Origin: Macrostomum hystrix
Taxonomy: Eukaryota > Animalia > Platyhelminthes
Direction: 5' to 3'
DNA length: 64,000 nt
NCBI GenBank assembly: GCA_950097015.1
Contig: CATNEN010000031.1
Location: forward strand, 2,356,001 to 2,420,000
Position 1 is the stretch's first letter. The number at the start of each line of letters is the position of its first letter. Below the pieces are notes generated by a model. The model was not told where the DNA came from and ran no database searches. It saw only the letters and a program-made list of their open reading frames with translations. Shown here piece by piece: positions 37,801-51,056 of the stretch. Position numbers and translations under genes: made by a program.

Positions 37801-38045
37801 ATCTTTAAGTCGAGGGAGGAGGTGTCAGGTCCAATCTTTCAGTCGAGGGAGGAGGTGTCAGGTCCAATCTTTCAGTCGAGGGAGAAGGTGTCAGGTCCAA
37901 TCTTTCAGTCGAGGGAGAAGGTGTCAGGTCCAATCTTTCAGTCGAGGGAGGAGGTGTCAGGTCCAATCTTTCAGTCGAGGGAGGAGGTGTCAGGTCCAAT
38001 CTTTCAGTCGAGGGAGGAGGTGTCAGGTCCAATCTTTCACTCGAG
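34810..38045. repeat. Minisatellite, 33-bp unit (GAGGGAGGAGGTGTCAGGTCCAATCTTTCAGTC; 30-bp variants), about 100 copies, at the 3' end of CPEB intron 3
   Basis: Direct periodicity; source of ORFs 34691-37306 and 34816-38052. Confidence 0.97.
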
Positions 38046-38654
38046 GGCGTAGGCGTCAGATCTAAGCTTTGAATTGAATCAGGGGAGAATGTGGAAGAGA
38101 ATTAACAAACTTATTAAACAAGACAAAAATAATTTTTCAATACTACTCAAAACATCAAGTAACATAATAAGCGCGCAAATTTAAAGGCGACATTTGGCGT
38201 TCGTGCAATCCTTTTGATAATGCATTAGAAGTAATAAAATAATAATAAAATAATAATAATCATGCGAGCCACGTGGTTCCGGTTTTTAGCTTACGGTAGC
38301 TGTTTGTACGAGTAAGTGTAAGCGCACTCGTCAATTCGCACATGTGCTGCATTGCTTACTTTTTACATGTCTGCTTATGAAAGCCTTATCAGACCTAGCA
38401 GCTTGCAATGTTGCTGCCTCACCCGCCTCTCTTTCTCTCTTAATATTTCTCTTTCCCAGCGGAATTTTACTGCTGTCTGTGTGAAGGGACAGATAAGAAG
38501 GCCTAAAATGTGGCAAAAAGCAACTGGTTTGGTAAAAATTTCAGTGCGTCAGTGGAATAATGTAGCGAATCAGCAGATAGTCATTGATTCTCCTGTTATT
38601 AGCCGCCTGGCGCCCGCCTCTCTCACTTTAAATTCAGTCATTAAACTGGGTAAT

Positions 38655-39340
38655 GATTGCTTCAGTCATCAAACTCGGTCATTATTGCTTCAGTCATCAA
38701 ACTCGGTCATTACTGCTTCAGTCATCAAACTCGGTCATTACTGCTTCAGTCATCAAACTCGGTCATTACTGCTTCAGTCATCAAAGTCGGTCATTATTGC
38801 TTCAGTCATCAAACTCGGTCATTACTGCTTCAGTCATCAAACTCGGTCATTATTGCTTCAGTCATCAAACTCGGTCATTATTGCTTCAGTCATCAAACTC
38901 GGTCATTATTACTTCAGTCATCAAACTCGGTCATTACTGCTTCAGTCATCAAACTCGGTCATTATTGCTTCAGTCATCAAACTCGGTCATTACTGCTTCA
39001 GTCATCAAACTCGGTCATTATTGCTTCAGTCATCAAACTCGGTCATTACTGCTTCAGTCATCAAACTCGGTCATTATTGCTTCAGTCGTCAAACTCGGTC
39101 ATTATTGCTTCAGTCATCAATCTCGGTCATTATTGCTTCAGTCATCAATCTCGGTCATTATTGCTTCAGTCATCAAACTCGGTTATTACTGCTTCAGTCA
39201 TCAAACTCGGTCATTATTGCTTAAGTCATCAAACTCGGTCATTACTGCTTAAGTCATCAAACTCGGTCATTATTGCTTCAGTCATCAATCTCGGCCATTA
39301 TTGCTTCAGTCATCAAACTCGGTCATTACTGCTTCAGTCG
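38655..39340. repeat. Minisatellite, 28-bp unit (CAGTCATCAAACTCGGTCATTATTGCTT), about 24 copies, CPEB intron 3
   Basis: Direct periodicity. Confidence 0.95.
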
Positions 39341-39834
39341 TCTGAACTGAAAGTGAGAAAAAATATGGCAATGGCAGTCGGTGCTATCAGATTTATCGAT
39401 TTATTTCTCGCACACAACAAATGCTCTTTTTTCTCTCTTCCCCTCTCCCCGATCGTGTCGGCGCGAGCCGGCGATCCTGCTGTGTCGCGACTCTCTAGTT
39501 TCCACTCTGTTGATTAAAAATAATAAGAATAACTAGAAGCAGGCTGGGAAAGTTGAAAATGAGTCCAGCTCTGAGGCCGCTGGGGCTGCCCTGCATATCG
39601 CGAGCATAACAGACCGACCTCCCAACCTTCTGTGCGAGCGACCTCAAACTCTCAGAGCTGCCTGTTTGACAGTCGATTAACTTTTGTTTGTTATCTGGCT
39701 CTGTCTCGATGCCTTCTGTTCCAATAAGCTGAGCACTGGCCCTCGGTGTCAAAACTACGGGCATTCAAATACTCATTTACCATGTGTGGTCTGACTCTCT
39801 TACAGAACCTGACCCTCTCTACCAGCCCCTGACT

Positions 39835-42800
39835 CTCTCAGACAGCCTGTCAGTATGTTCCTGACTCTCTCTGACAGCCCCTGACTCTCTCTTCAGACCC
39901 TGACTTTCTCTGACAGACCCTGACTTTCTCTGACAGCCCCTGACTCTCTCTATGACAGACCCTGAATTTCTCTGACAGCCCCTGACTCTCTCTTCAGACC
40001 CTGACTTTCTCTGACAGACCCTGACTTTCTCTGACAGACCCTGACTTTCTCTGACAGCCCCTGACTCTCTCTATGACAGACCCTGAATTTCTCTGACAGC
40101 CCCTGAATCTCTCTATGACAGCTCCTGACTCTCTCTATGACAGCCCCTGACTCTCTCTATGACAGCCCCTGACTCTCTCTATGACAGCCCCTGACTCTCT
40201 CTATGACAGCCCCTGACTCTCTCTATGACAGCCCCTGACTCTCTCTTCAGACCCTGACTCTCTCTGACAGCCCCTGACTTTCTCTGACAGACCCTGACTT
40301 TCTCTGACAGCCCCTGACTCTCTCTATGACAGCCCCTGACTCTCTCTATGACAGCCCCTGACTCTCTCTTCAGACCCTGACTCTCTCTGACAGCCCCTGA
40401 CTTTCTCTGACAGAACCTGACTTTCTCTGACAGACCCTGACTTTCTCTGACAGACCCTGACTTTCTCTGACAGACCCTGACTTTCTCTGACAGCCCCTGA
40501 ATCTCTCTATGACAGACCCTGAATTTCTCTGACAGCCCCTGAATCTCTCTATGACAGCCCCTGACTCTCTCTATGACAGCCCCTGACTCTCTCTATGACA
40601 GCCCCTGACTCTCTCTATGACAGCCCCTGACTCTCTCTATGACAGCCCCTGACTCTCTCTATGACAACCCCTGACTCTCTCTTCAGACCCTGACTCTCTC
40701 TGACAGCCCCTGACTTTCTCTGACAGACCCTGACTTTCTCTGACAGACCCTGACTCTCTCTGACAGCCCCTGACTTTCTCTGACAGCCCCTGACTCTCTC
40801 TATGACAGCCCCTGACTCTCTCTTCAGGCCCTGACTTTCTCTGACAGACCCTGACTTTCTCTGACAGACCCTGACTTTCTCTGACAGACCCTGACTTTCT
40901 CTGACAGCTCCTGACTCTCTCTATGACAGACCCTGAATTTCTCTGACAGCCCCTGACTCTCTATGACAGACCCTGAATTTCTCTGACAGCCCCTGAATCT
41001 CTCTATGACAGCCCCTGACTGTCTCTATGACAGCCCCTGACTCTCTCTATGACAGCCCCTGACTCTCTCTATGACAGCCCCTGACTCTCTCTATGACAGC
41101 CCCTGACTCTCTCTTCAGACCCTGACTCTCTCTGACAGCCCCTGACTCTCTCTTCAGACCCTGACTCTCTCTGACAGCCCCTGACTTTCTCTGACAGACC
41201 CTGACTTTCTCTGACAGCCCCTGACTCTCTCTATGACAGCCCCTGACTCTCTCTATGACAGCCCCTGACTCTCTCTTCAGACCCTGACTCTCTCTGACAG
41301 CCCCTGACTTTCTCTGACAGAACCTGACTTTCTCTGACAGACCCTGACTTTCTCTGACAGACCCTGACTTTCTCTGACAGACCCTGACTTTCTCTGACAG
41401 CCCCTGAATCTCTCTATGACAGACCCTGAATTTCTCTGACAGCCCCTGAATCTCTCTATGACAGCCCCTGACTCTCTCTATGACAGCCCCTGACTCTCTC
41501 TATGACAGCCCCTGACTCTCTCTATGACAGCCCCTGACTCTCTCTTCAGACCCTGACTCTCTCTGACAGCCCCTGACTTTCTCTGACAGACCCTGACTTT
41601 CTCTGACAGACCCTGACTCTCTCTGACAGCCCCTGACTTTCTCTGACAGCCCCTGACTCTCTCTATGACAGCCCCTGACTCTCTCTTCAGGCCCTGACTT
41701 TCTCTGACAGACCCTGACTTTCTCTGACAGACCCTGACTTTCTCTGACAGACCCTGACTTTCTCTGACAGCTCCTGACTCTCTCTATGACAGACCCTGAA
41801 TTTCTCTGACAGCCCCTGACTCTCTATGACAGACCCTGAATTTCTCTGACAGCCCCTGAATCTCTCTATGACAGCCCCTGACTCTCTCTATGACAGCCCC
41901 TGACTCTCTCTATGACAGCCCCTGACTCTCTCTATGACAGCCCCTGACTCTCTCTATGACAGCCCCTGACTCTCTCTATGACAGCCCCTGACTCTCTCTT
42001 CAGACCCTGACTCTCTCTGACAGCCCCTGACTTTCTCTGACAGACCCTGACTCTCTCTGACAGCCCCTGACTTTCTCTGACAGAACCTGACTTTCTCTGA
42101 CAGCCCCTGACTCTCTATGACAGACCCTGAATTTCTCTGACAGCCCCTGAATCTCTCTATGACAGCCCCTGACTCTCTCTATGACAGCCCCTGACTCTCT
42201 CTATGACAGCCCCTGACTCTCTCTTCAGACCCTGACTCTCTCTGACAGCCCCTGACTTTCTCTGACAGACCCTGACTCTCTCTGACAGCCCCCTGACTTT
42301 CTCTGACAGAACCTGACTCTCTATGACAGACCCTGAATTTCTCTGACAGCCCCTGAATCTCTCTATGACAGCCCCTGACTCTCTCTATGACAGCCCCTGA
42401 CTCTCTCTATGACAGCCCCTGACTCTCTCTATGACAGCCCCTGACTCTCTCTATGACAGCCCCTGACTCTCTCTATGACAGCCCCTGACTCTCTCTTCAG
42501 ACCCTGACTCTCTCTGACAGCCCCTGACTTTCTCTGACAGACCCTGACTCTCTCTGACAGCCCCTGACTTTCTCTGACAGAACCTGACTTTCTCTGACAG
42601 CCCCTGACTCTCTATGACAGACCCTGAATTTCTCTGACAGCCCCTGAATCTCTCTATGACAGCCCCTGACTCTCTCTATGACAGCCCCTGACTCTCTCTA
42701 TGACAGCCCCTGACTCTCTCTTCAGACCCTGACTCTCTCTGACAGCCCCTGACTTTCTCTGACAGACCCTGACTCTCTCTGACAGCCCCTGACTTTCTCT

Positions 42801-44135
42801 GACAGAACCTGACTCTCTATGACAGACCCTGAATTTCTCTGACAGCCCCTGAATCTCTCTATGACAGCCCCTGACTCTCTCTATGACAGCCCCTGACTCT
42901 CTCTATGACAGCCCCTGACTCTCTCTATGACAGCCCCTGACTCTCTCTATGACAGCCCCTGACTCTCTCTTCAGACCCTGACTCTCTCTGACAGCCCCTG
43001 ACTTTCTCTGACAGACCCTGACTTTCTCTGACAGCCCCTGACTCTCTCTATGACAGCCCCTGACTCTCTCTATGACAGCCCCTGACTCTCTCTTCAGACC
43101 CTGACTCTCTCTGACAGCCCCTGACTTTCTCTGACAGAACCTGACTTTCTCTGACAGACCCTGACTTTCTCTGACAGCCCCTGAATCTCTCTATGACAGA
43201 CCCTGAATTTCTATGACAGCCCCTGAATCTCTCTATGACAGCCCCTGACTCTCTCTATGACAGCCCCTGACTCTCTCTATGACAGCCCCTGACTCTCTCT
43301 ATGACAGCCCCTGACTCTCTCTATGACAGCCCCTGACTCTCTCTATGACAGCCCCTGACTCTCTCTTCAGACCCTGACTCTCTCTGACAGCCCCTGACTT
43401 TCTCTGACAGACCCTGACTTTCTCTGACAGACCCTGACTCTCTCTGACAGCCCCTGACTTTCTCTGACAGCCCCTGACTCTCTCTATGACAGCCCCTGAC
43501 TCTCTCTTCAGGCCCTGACTTTCTCTGACAGACCCTGACTTTCTCTGACAGACCCTGACTTTCTCTGACAGACCCTGACTTTCTCTGACAGACCCTGACT
43601 TTCTCTGACAGCTCCTGACTCTCTATGACAGACCCTGAATTTCTCTGACAGCCCCTGACTCTCTATGACAGACCCTGAATTTCTCTGACAGCCCCTGAAT
43701 CTCTCTATGACAGCCCCTGACTCTCTCTATGACAGCCCCTGACTCTCTCTATGACAGCCCCTGACTCTCTCTATGACAGCCCCTGACTCTCTCTATGACA
43801 GCCCCTGACTCTCTCTATGACAGCCCCTGACTCTCTCTTCAGACCCTGACTCTCTCTGACAGCCCCTGACTTTCTCTGACAGACCCTGACTCTCTCTGAC
43901 AGCCCCTGACTTTCTCTGACAGAACCTGACTTTCTCTGACAGCCCCTGACTCTCTATGACAGACCCTGAATTTCTCTGACAGCCCCTGAATCTCTCTATG
44001 ACAGCCCCTGACTCTCTCTATGACAGCCCCTGACTCTCTCTATGACAGCCCCTGACTCTCTCTTCAGACCCTGACTCTCTCTGACAGCCCCTGACTCTCT
44101 CTTCAGACCCTGACTCTCTCTGACAGCCCCTGACT
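39835..44135. repeat. Composite minisatellite of 20-22-bp units (TGACAGCCCCTGACTCTCTCTA / TGACAGACCCTGACTTTCTC), about 4.3 kb, CPEB intron 3
   Basis: Direct periodicity; the rare CAGG variant recurs at 40825, 41688 and 43509. Confidence 0.96.
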
Positions 44136-45269
44136 CTGTCTGTGTTCCCCTAAACAGATTGCCAATTTGAGTCTTTCAGTTCGAAAAAAATAACAATATT
44201 AAAATTTAATCTTGAGTCGAATATAGGGAGGGGGGAAAGTCCTTTAGTTAGAGTACCTAGCATGAAATATCTTTCAGCTTAGCAGTTTTTTAAGAGGCTC
44301 AGAGACTCGATGACTCGATGAGCCGGCAAAATGGACTAGTAAATAAAAAATCAAAATATAACTTTCCGAGACACTATCTTTAGCCAATTCTAAGCCCAAA
44401 CGAAGCCCATATAAAGACAGTGAGTTGAAACTACCAACCGCCCCGCGATTCAGCACATTCTTATTTTCCCAAAATCCGTCTTTCTGAAAACTACTCTCCC
44501 TCTCCCTCTCTCTCTCTCTCGCCGTCGCCTCCGCCCCGCCTACGCAATTTCTGAGCTAATCCCACCCACCCCTTCCCCAAGCCTGCTGTACATAGGCTGC
44601 TGTACATAGGCTGCTGTACATTGGCGGGAGCTATTTTTAGACTAGCCGGATTTGTGAGAGAAGCGTGGGCAGCGCTTTTTTTTAACGAATAAGGGATTGG
44701 GAAGTTTTAAAAGACTGCCAAATATGGCTGGAAAATGAGGAGTGTTGCCGAACCCCAATCCCCGTAGCTCACTACCTCAGCAGATTCGATTCTCCCAAAT
44801 TCGATTGATTAATACGTGATTGACTGTGTGGGCGATTTACAAAACTTTTGAATTTCTAGTCTGTCAGATATTGCTAATCTCTTTAAGTGTACTCAAAGCC
44901 TTAGATTATGAATGCTGTACTTTAAGACGGTAGAAGGAAATTTGAACACGGCATTTTTTTCGAGTCTTTCCGACAGAAAGTTTCATTTTTTGCAGACACG
45001 TGTCAGCTCTTCTCTGGTGCTCAAGGTTTGTGTGCACGCTTGCACACTACTCTGCTGGTTGGACTCAAGTGGGGCCAATGTTTGTACAGGCATGAAAGTT
45101 GCAAGAAAACATAAAGTTGGTTTTCCGCCTGACTCGACATTCTCGACGTCTTCATCCGCTCATCTACTGCCCTTCACTCTACGTTTTCCGACTCACTCTC
45201 TTTTTGCATGTTTTGCAGCTGTCACTCACATTCTCCTCCTGTCAGTCACTCTTCCTCTCACTCTCTCTA

Positions 45270-46335
45270 TTGCTCTGAGTCACTCTTCCTCTTACTTTCT
45301 CTATTGCTTTGAGTCACTCTCTCTATTGCTCTGAGTCACTCTCTCTATTGCTCTGATTCACTCTCTCTATTGCTCTGAGTCACTCTCTCTATTGCTCTGA
45401 GTCACTCTCTCTATTGCTCTGAGTCACTCTCTCTATTGCTCTGAGTCACTCTCTCTATTCCTTTTAGTCACTCTCTCTATTCCTCTCAGTTACTCTCTCT
45501 ACTACTCTCAGTCACTCTCTCTATTCCTCTCAGTTACTCTCTCTACTACTCTCAGTCACTCTCTCTATTCCTCTCAGTCACTCTCTCTATTCCTCTCAGT
45601 CACTCTCTCTATTCCTCTCAGTTACTCTCTCTACTACTCTCAGTCACTCTCTCTATTCCTCTCAGTCACTCTCTCTACTACTCTCAGTCACTCTCTCTAC
45701 TACTCTCAGTCACTCTCTCTAATCCTTTTAGTCACTCTCTCTACTACTCTCAGTTACTCTCTCTACTACTCTCAGTCACTCTCTCTATTCCTTTTAGTCA
45801 CTCTCTCTATTACTCTCAGTCACTCTTTCTATTCCTCTCAGTTACTCTCTCTATTCCTCTCAGTCACTCTCTCTACTACTCTCAGTCACTCTCTCTCTAT
45901 TCCTTTTATTCACTCTCTCTATTCCTCTCAGTCACTCTCTCTACTACTCTCAGTCACTCTCTCTATTCCTTTTAGTCACTCTCTCTATTCCTCTCAGTTA
46001 CTCTCTCTACTACTCTCAGTCACTCTCTCTATTCCTCTCAGTTACTCTCTCTACTACTCTCAGTCACTCTCTCTATTCCTCTCAGTCACTCTCTCTATTC
46101 CTCTCAGTCACTCTCTCTATTCCTCTCAGTCACTCTCTCTATTCCTCTCAGTCACTCTCTCTATTCCTCTCAGTCACTCTCTCTACTACTCTCAGTCACT
46201 CTCTCTATTCCTTTTAGTCACTCTCTCTATTCCTCTCAGTCACTCTCTCTATTCCTCTCAGTCACTCTCTCTATTCCTCTCAGTTACTCTCTCTATTCCT
46301 CTCAGTCACTCTTTCTATTCCTCGCAGTCACTCTC
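45270..46335. repeat. Minisatellite, 22-bp unit (CAGTCACTCTCTCTATTCCTCT), about 48 copies, at the 5' end of CPEB intron 3
   Basis: Direct periodicity. Confidence 0.95.
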
Positions 46336-46380
46336 AAACATTTATGGCGAATTGAAAAAGAAGTCAGGCAGAGCTCTCAC

Positions 46381-46499
46381 CGGCTTATCCTTCATAGTCG
46401 GCGACGAGACGCACCAATAGAACTTGCCTTCGTCGGCGATGCAAGCCTCCATGAGGCTCTGGACGCTGGCCTCCTCTTGAAACAGGATGAAGCAGTAGC
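46381..46499 (-). CDS. CPEB: CPEB coding exon 3 (RRM1 second half), not in ORF track
   Basis: Acceptor cctttccag, donor CCG|GTGAGA. GYCFILFQEEASVQSLMEACIADEGKFYWCVSSPTMKDKP; phases 1/0 fit the neighbouring exons. Confidence 0.95.
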
Positions 46500-47101
46500 C
46501 TGGAAAGGTGACGGTTTTTCTCTCAGACTGGTTCTCTCAGATCTAGGCGACAGGCACAGATTGGTTTACGTTGTTTGCTTAATGATTAAACTGTGTTAGA
46601 CGCTATGTAAAAACCTGTTAGACTGCAGTTACGACGTGTTAGACAGGAGTAGCAATAAAAATGCCCATTCAAAAGTTACTATCGTTTCAAAAGTACTCGT
46701 GCACTAAATTACATGCCCTGATTATTTTAGCTTAGCTTTTAAAACACGCCAACCACTTCTCCTATCCAAAAAGCAAGGCGCCTGCATTTTAAGAGGCCAA
46801 TCCAGGGTCAAGTGGAACCGCTTCAACTATAAAAACTTCTAGAAATTCTGGCAGCCTAATCTAATCAAAGTCAGTCAGGTGAATTCCAAAACCAAACACA
46901 CTTTTTTATAAAAAGAATAATGCTACTCGGGGCCTCCTGGGCGAGAGCTCAGAAACACAGCCGGTGAAAGTTTAGCCAAGTGACAAGCTGACCGATTAGC
47001 ATAAAATATGCCACTCAGAATAAATGCCAAACAGTTTGAACGGACAGACTGAATGATTAAAACAAAAAAGGCGAACATTATTTAAAATGACGCAATCTTA
47101 C

Positions 47102-47191
47102 CTTTCGGCGGGAAGTAGGTCTTGCTTTCGTTCTTGTGTGGCCAGTCGATGACCAGACTGCCGAAACGTCGAAACGCGTTGGTAATTTCAT
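47102..47191 (-). CDS. CPEB: CPEB coding exon 2 (RRM1), not in ORF track
   Basis: Acceptor ctattccag, donor AAG|GTAAGA. DEITNAFRRFGSLVIDWPHKNESKTYFPPKG; phases 1/1. Confidence 0.95.
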
Positions 47192-47309
47192 CTGGAATAG
47201 TCCATCGATGAAATCTACGGATATTGATTGTTGCTTCTGCCGTTCATCTTTTAATCTTTTCAATTCGAATAATTTTAAAGCCGAAACTTTCCTAGTTTGA
47301 AGCCTTTTA

Positions 47310-47790
47310 AAACTCGAAAATTTCCGAGTTCAAATCTTCTAAAAAACGAAAATTTCCGAGTTCTAATCTTCTAAAAAACTGAAAATTTCCGAGTTCAAAT
47401 CTTCTAAAAAACCGAAAATTTCCGTGTTCAAATCTTCTAAAAAACCGAAAATTTCCGAGTTCAAATCTTCTAAAAAACCGAAAATTTCCGAGTTCAAATC
47501 TTCTAAAAAACCGAAAATTTCCGAGTTCAAATCTTCTAAAAAACGAAAATTTCCGAGTTCAAATCTTCTAAAAAACCGAAAATTTCCGAGTTCAAATCTT
47601 CTAAAAAACCGAAAATTTCCGAGTTCAAATCTTCTAAAAAACCGAAAATTTCCGAGTTCAAATCTTCTAAGAAACCGAAAATTTCCGAGTTCAAATCTTC
47701 AAAAAAACGAATATTTCCGAGTTCAAATCTTCTAAAAAACCGAAAATTTCCTAATTCGAAGCCTTTTAAAACCGAAACTTTCCTAGTTCG
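47310..47790. repeat. Minisatellite, 33-bp AT-rich unit (TCAAATCTTCTAAAAAACCGAAAATTTCCGAGT), about 14 copies, CPEB intron 1
   Basis: Direct periodicity. Confidence 0.93.
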
Positions 47791-48494
47791 AAGACTATCA
47801 ACAACATATGAACAGACCTTCAAACAATTTTTTGAAAACCTCCGGTTGTTAGGCTATAGTGGGTGAGGGATGTGGAACTCCCATCAGCTTTGATATTGCC
47901 TTTACTTCTGCCAGTGTGACCTTGGGGTTACCTCACTAAGCCGCCAATAAACTCGCATTACAACGAAGGCCGAACAGGATATGTTACAAAAATTTGTTCT
48001 CATAAACAGCTGAGAAAGAAAGCTTTTTGTAGGTTTCGTTTGCATTGGGAGGTGAAAAAAAACTTTTTTAAGTATAGATGACCTTCAGGTGAACCTGAGG
48101 GATCTGCAGTTTAGTAGGCATGCTCTCCTAGAGCCCAAAATGGGAGAGCTTGCCTACTAAACTTTCCCAGCTTTTCTTGAAAAATAGTTTTATTTGCTCA
48201 CGGAGGCCGCGAAGCAAGTTCAATTTTCCAAGGACTCACGCGCACACACGGTCAACAGCTCCACTCACTTCTCACGCTTAGGGCCTCCCTAAAACACGCT
48301 ATGTGCTCCATGTCTAGTAATAACTCCAAGCTTAAAAATCAATAGAATATTGAGTTTCTCAGTTTTATTGCAGCGGCAATAGAAATTCCAGGAGAATATT
48401 TTTTAAATGAGAGATTGGGAATGCCAAGGTCTTAATCTAGATGAAAATTTTCGGGTGGTAGTTGAGCAGAGGTTGTGGAATGGCGTGGTGGCGG

Positions 48495-49490
48495 AGTTAG
48501 ATCGTAGCGGAGTGAGGTGGTAGCGGAGTGAGGTGGTAGCGGAGTGAGGAGGTAGCGGAGTGAGGTGGTAGCGGAGTGAGGTGGTAGCGGAGTGAGGTGG
48601 TAGCGGAGTGAGGTGGTAGCGGAGTGAGGTGGTAGCGGAGTGAGGTGGTAGCGGAGTGAGGTGGTAGCGGAGGGAGGTGGTAGCGGAGTGAGGTGGTATC
48701 GGAGTGAGATCGTAGCGGAGTGAGGTGGTAGCGGAGTGAGGTGGTAGCGGAGTGAGGTGGTAGCGGAGTGAGGTGGTAGCGGAGTGAGGTGGTAGCGGAG
48801 TGAGGTGGTAGCGGAGTGAGGAGGTAGCGGAGTGGGATCGTAGCGGAGTGAGATCGTAGCGGAGTGAGGTGGTAGCGGAGTGAGGTGGTAGCGGAGTGAG
48901 GTGGTAGCGGAGGGAGGTGGTAGCGGAGTGAGGTGGTATCGGAGTGAGATCGTAGCGGAGTGAGGTCGTATCGAAGTGAGATCGCAGCGGAGTGAGGTCG
49001 TAGCGGAGTGAGATCGTAGCGGAGTGAGGTTGTAGCGGAGTGAGATCGTATCGGAGTGAGGTGGTAGCGGAGTGAGATCGTATCGGAGTGAGGTGGTAGC
49101 GGAGTGAGATCGTATCGGAGTGAGGTGGTAGCGGAGTGAGGTGGTAGCGGAGTGAGGTGCTAGCGGAGTGAGGAGGTAGCGGAGTGAGGTTGAGGTGGTA
49201 GCGGAGTGAGATCGCAGCGGAGTGAGGTGAGGTGGGGTGAGGTGGCGGGGTGAGGTGGCGGGGTGAGGTGGCGGGGTGAGGTGGCGGAGTGAGGTTGTAG
49301 CGGAGTGAGATCGTAGCGGAGTGAGGTTGTAGCGGAGTGAGATTGTAGCGGAGTGAGGTGATAGCGGAGTTAGGTGGTAGCGGAGTGAGGTGGTATCGGA
49401 GTGAGATCGTAGCGGAGTGAGGTGATAGCGGAGTGAGGTGATAGCGGAGTGAGGTGGTAGAGGAGTGATGTTGAAGTGGAGTGAGGTGGT
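48495..49490. repeat. Minisatellite, 16-bp G-rich unit (GTAGCGGAGTGAGGTG), about 60 copies, CPEB intron 1
   Basis: Direct periodicity. Confidence 0.95.
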
Positions 49491-50494
49491 AGCAGAGTAA
49501 GGTGATTGCGGAGCTGTGTTAAGGAGTGGCAGAATGTTATGCGGATATTGGACGAGTAGCCAATCGGTACAACAAACTTTCAGATATAATGATATTTATG
49601 ATAGTGTACTCAAGCCTTTGAAGCAAGGACTAACTAAATATAATTTGAAGTTATACTATGAAACTCTTTCTTTTCTATCTGATGTCTATTAGATTTACGA
49701 TCGATGCGAAGTCATATAAAAATGTTTACATAAGGTCTTATAAAGAACGATTTCTAATCGTGAGAACCAACCCGACAAATGAAAATGTTGAAGTGTGGAG
49801 CGAACTCTTACAGTTAGTTGACTTTGGGTTTCAGCTAGTTGCAGAATTGCAGTAGAAATAATCAGCTGACTATTGAATGGGTGAACTACACACTATCTTA
49901 GAATATTCCCAGAGAGAGAGGTAAGAGAGGGGAGGAGAGAATGGTGAGACAATGTCCCTTAGCTGCTCGGTCCGAGTCAATAATACGAGCGTATATGTGA
50001 CTTGTGTGCTCAATTCGCAGATATGCAACACACTGGGCCAAGGGGTGACATGAGCCACCAGTTAAAGCTACTCTGTGCTCAATTGTTGCATGGTGACTCA
50101 GAGAAAATGTGGCTGTCACTTCGTGTTTGGCGGCATGCCTCGTAGAGACACAAACCATTTAGTGGTCTGGGCGGCCCCACAATTTGACGGTATTGTGCAG
50201 AGGGGAGCAGAGTCGGAAGTTTTCAATCATTGTTAATCCCTTAGAGAATAATTATGTCAGCTCTTTGTGTGTTACTTTAATTACTCACAAAAATTCATAG
50301 ATCCGGGTAGAATTTGGTGAAGATAAATACCAACTCTTGCATTGTTGTTTCTATAGCCTATTTATAGATCCCAGAGTAAAATGAGCCGGCTATTATTTAG
50401 CAACATAAATAGATATACGACCTACAAATATCAGCTGAAAACAATTAAAATACTGAAAGCTCTTTTTGTTTCACTGCCATTTAAAGTGGCAACT

Positions 50495-50615
50495 GAAATG
50501 AGGCTGGGCTTCCAGTAAGATGAGGATGAGCTTCCAGTGAGATGAGGCTGGGCTTCCAGTGAGATGAGGCTGGGCTTCCAGTGAGATGAGGGTAGCCTTC
50601 AGTGAGATGAGGCTG
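50495..50615. repeat. Short minisatellite, 22-bp unit (GAGATGAGGCTGGGCTTCCAGT) x about 5, next to the CPEB intron 1 donor
   Basis: Direct periodicity. Confidence 0.85.
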
Positions 50616-50656
50616 GCATGAGAGAGAGGACCAGCTCAGCATCGACCCCATCGCAC

Positions 50657-51018
50657 CTTCGTCAATGTCGGGCGGCAGTCCACCGACAAACACTTTGCGG
50701 CTGTAGCGCTCTTCGCGAAGGCTGCCAGCCACGGCGCCGCCATCGCCGTAGTAGCTGGCGTCGGTTGTCGTCGCCGAATCGCCGAGTCCATCAATGCCGT
50801 CTGTGGTGCCAGTCGGCAGGCCGATGTTGTCCAGGAGATGGCTGTCCAGGCATGCCCGTAGGCTCTCCAGCGGATTAGTGGACCAGGAAGATTCCCCAGC
50901 CGGCGCTGTTCTACGATTCCAAGAACCGCCCAGCTGGCCGTGGCGCTGCTGCCATTTGCTTGTCACAGACCAGGCGCTTGACGGCGACAACCCTGGCGAC
51001 CTCTGGCTGGGCGGCCCG

Positions 51019-51056
<38 letters not shown>

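Noticed and set aside
34691-38052. 871- and 1078-aa repetitive ORFs antisense to CPEB, resembling adhesive or structural repeat proteins
   Set aside because: They coincide with the 33-bp intronic array and have no signal peptide or unique domain. Both open frames follow from the unit lacking a stop.
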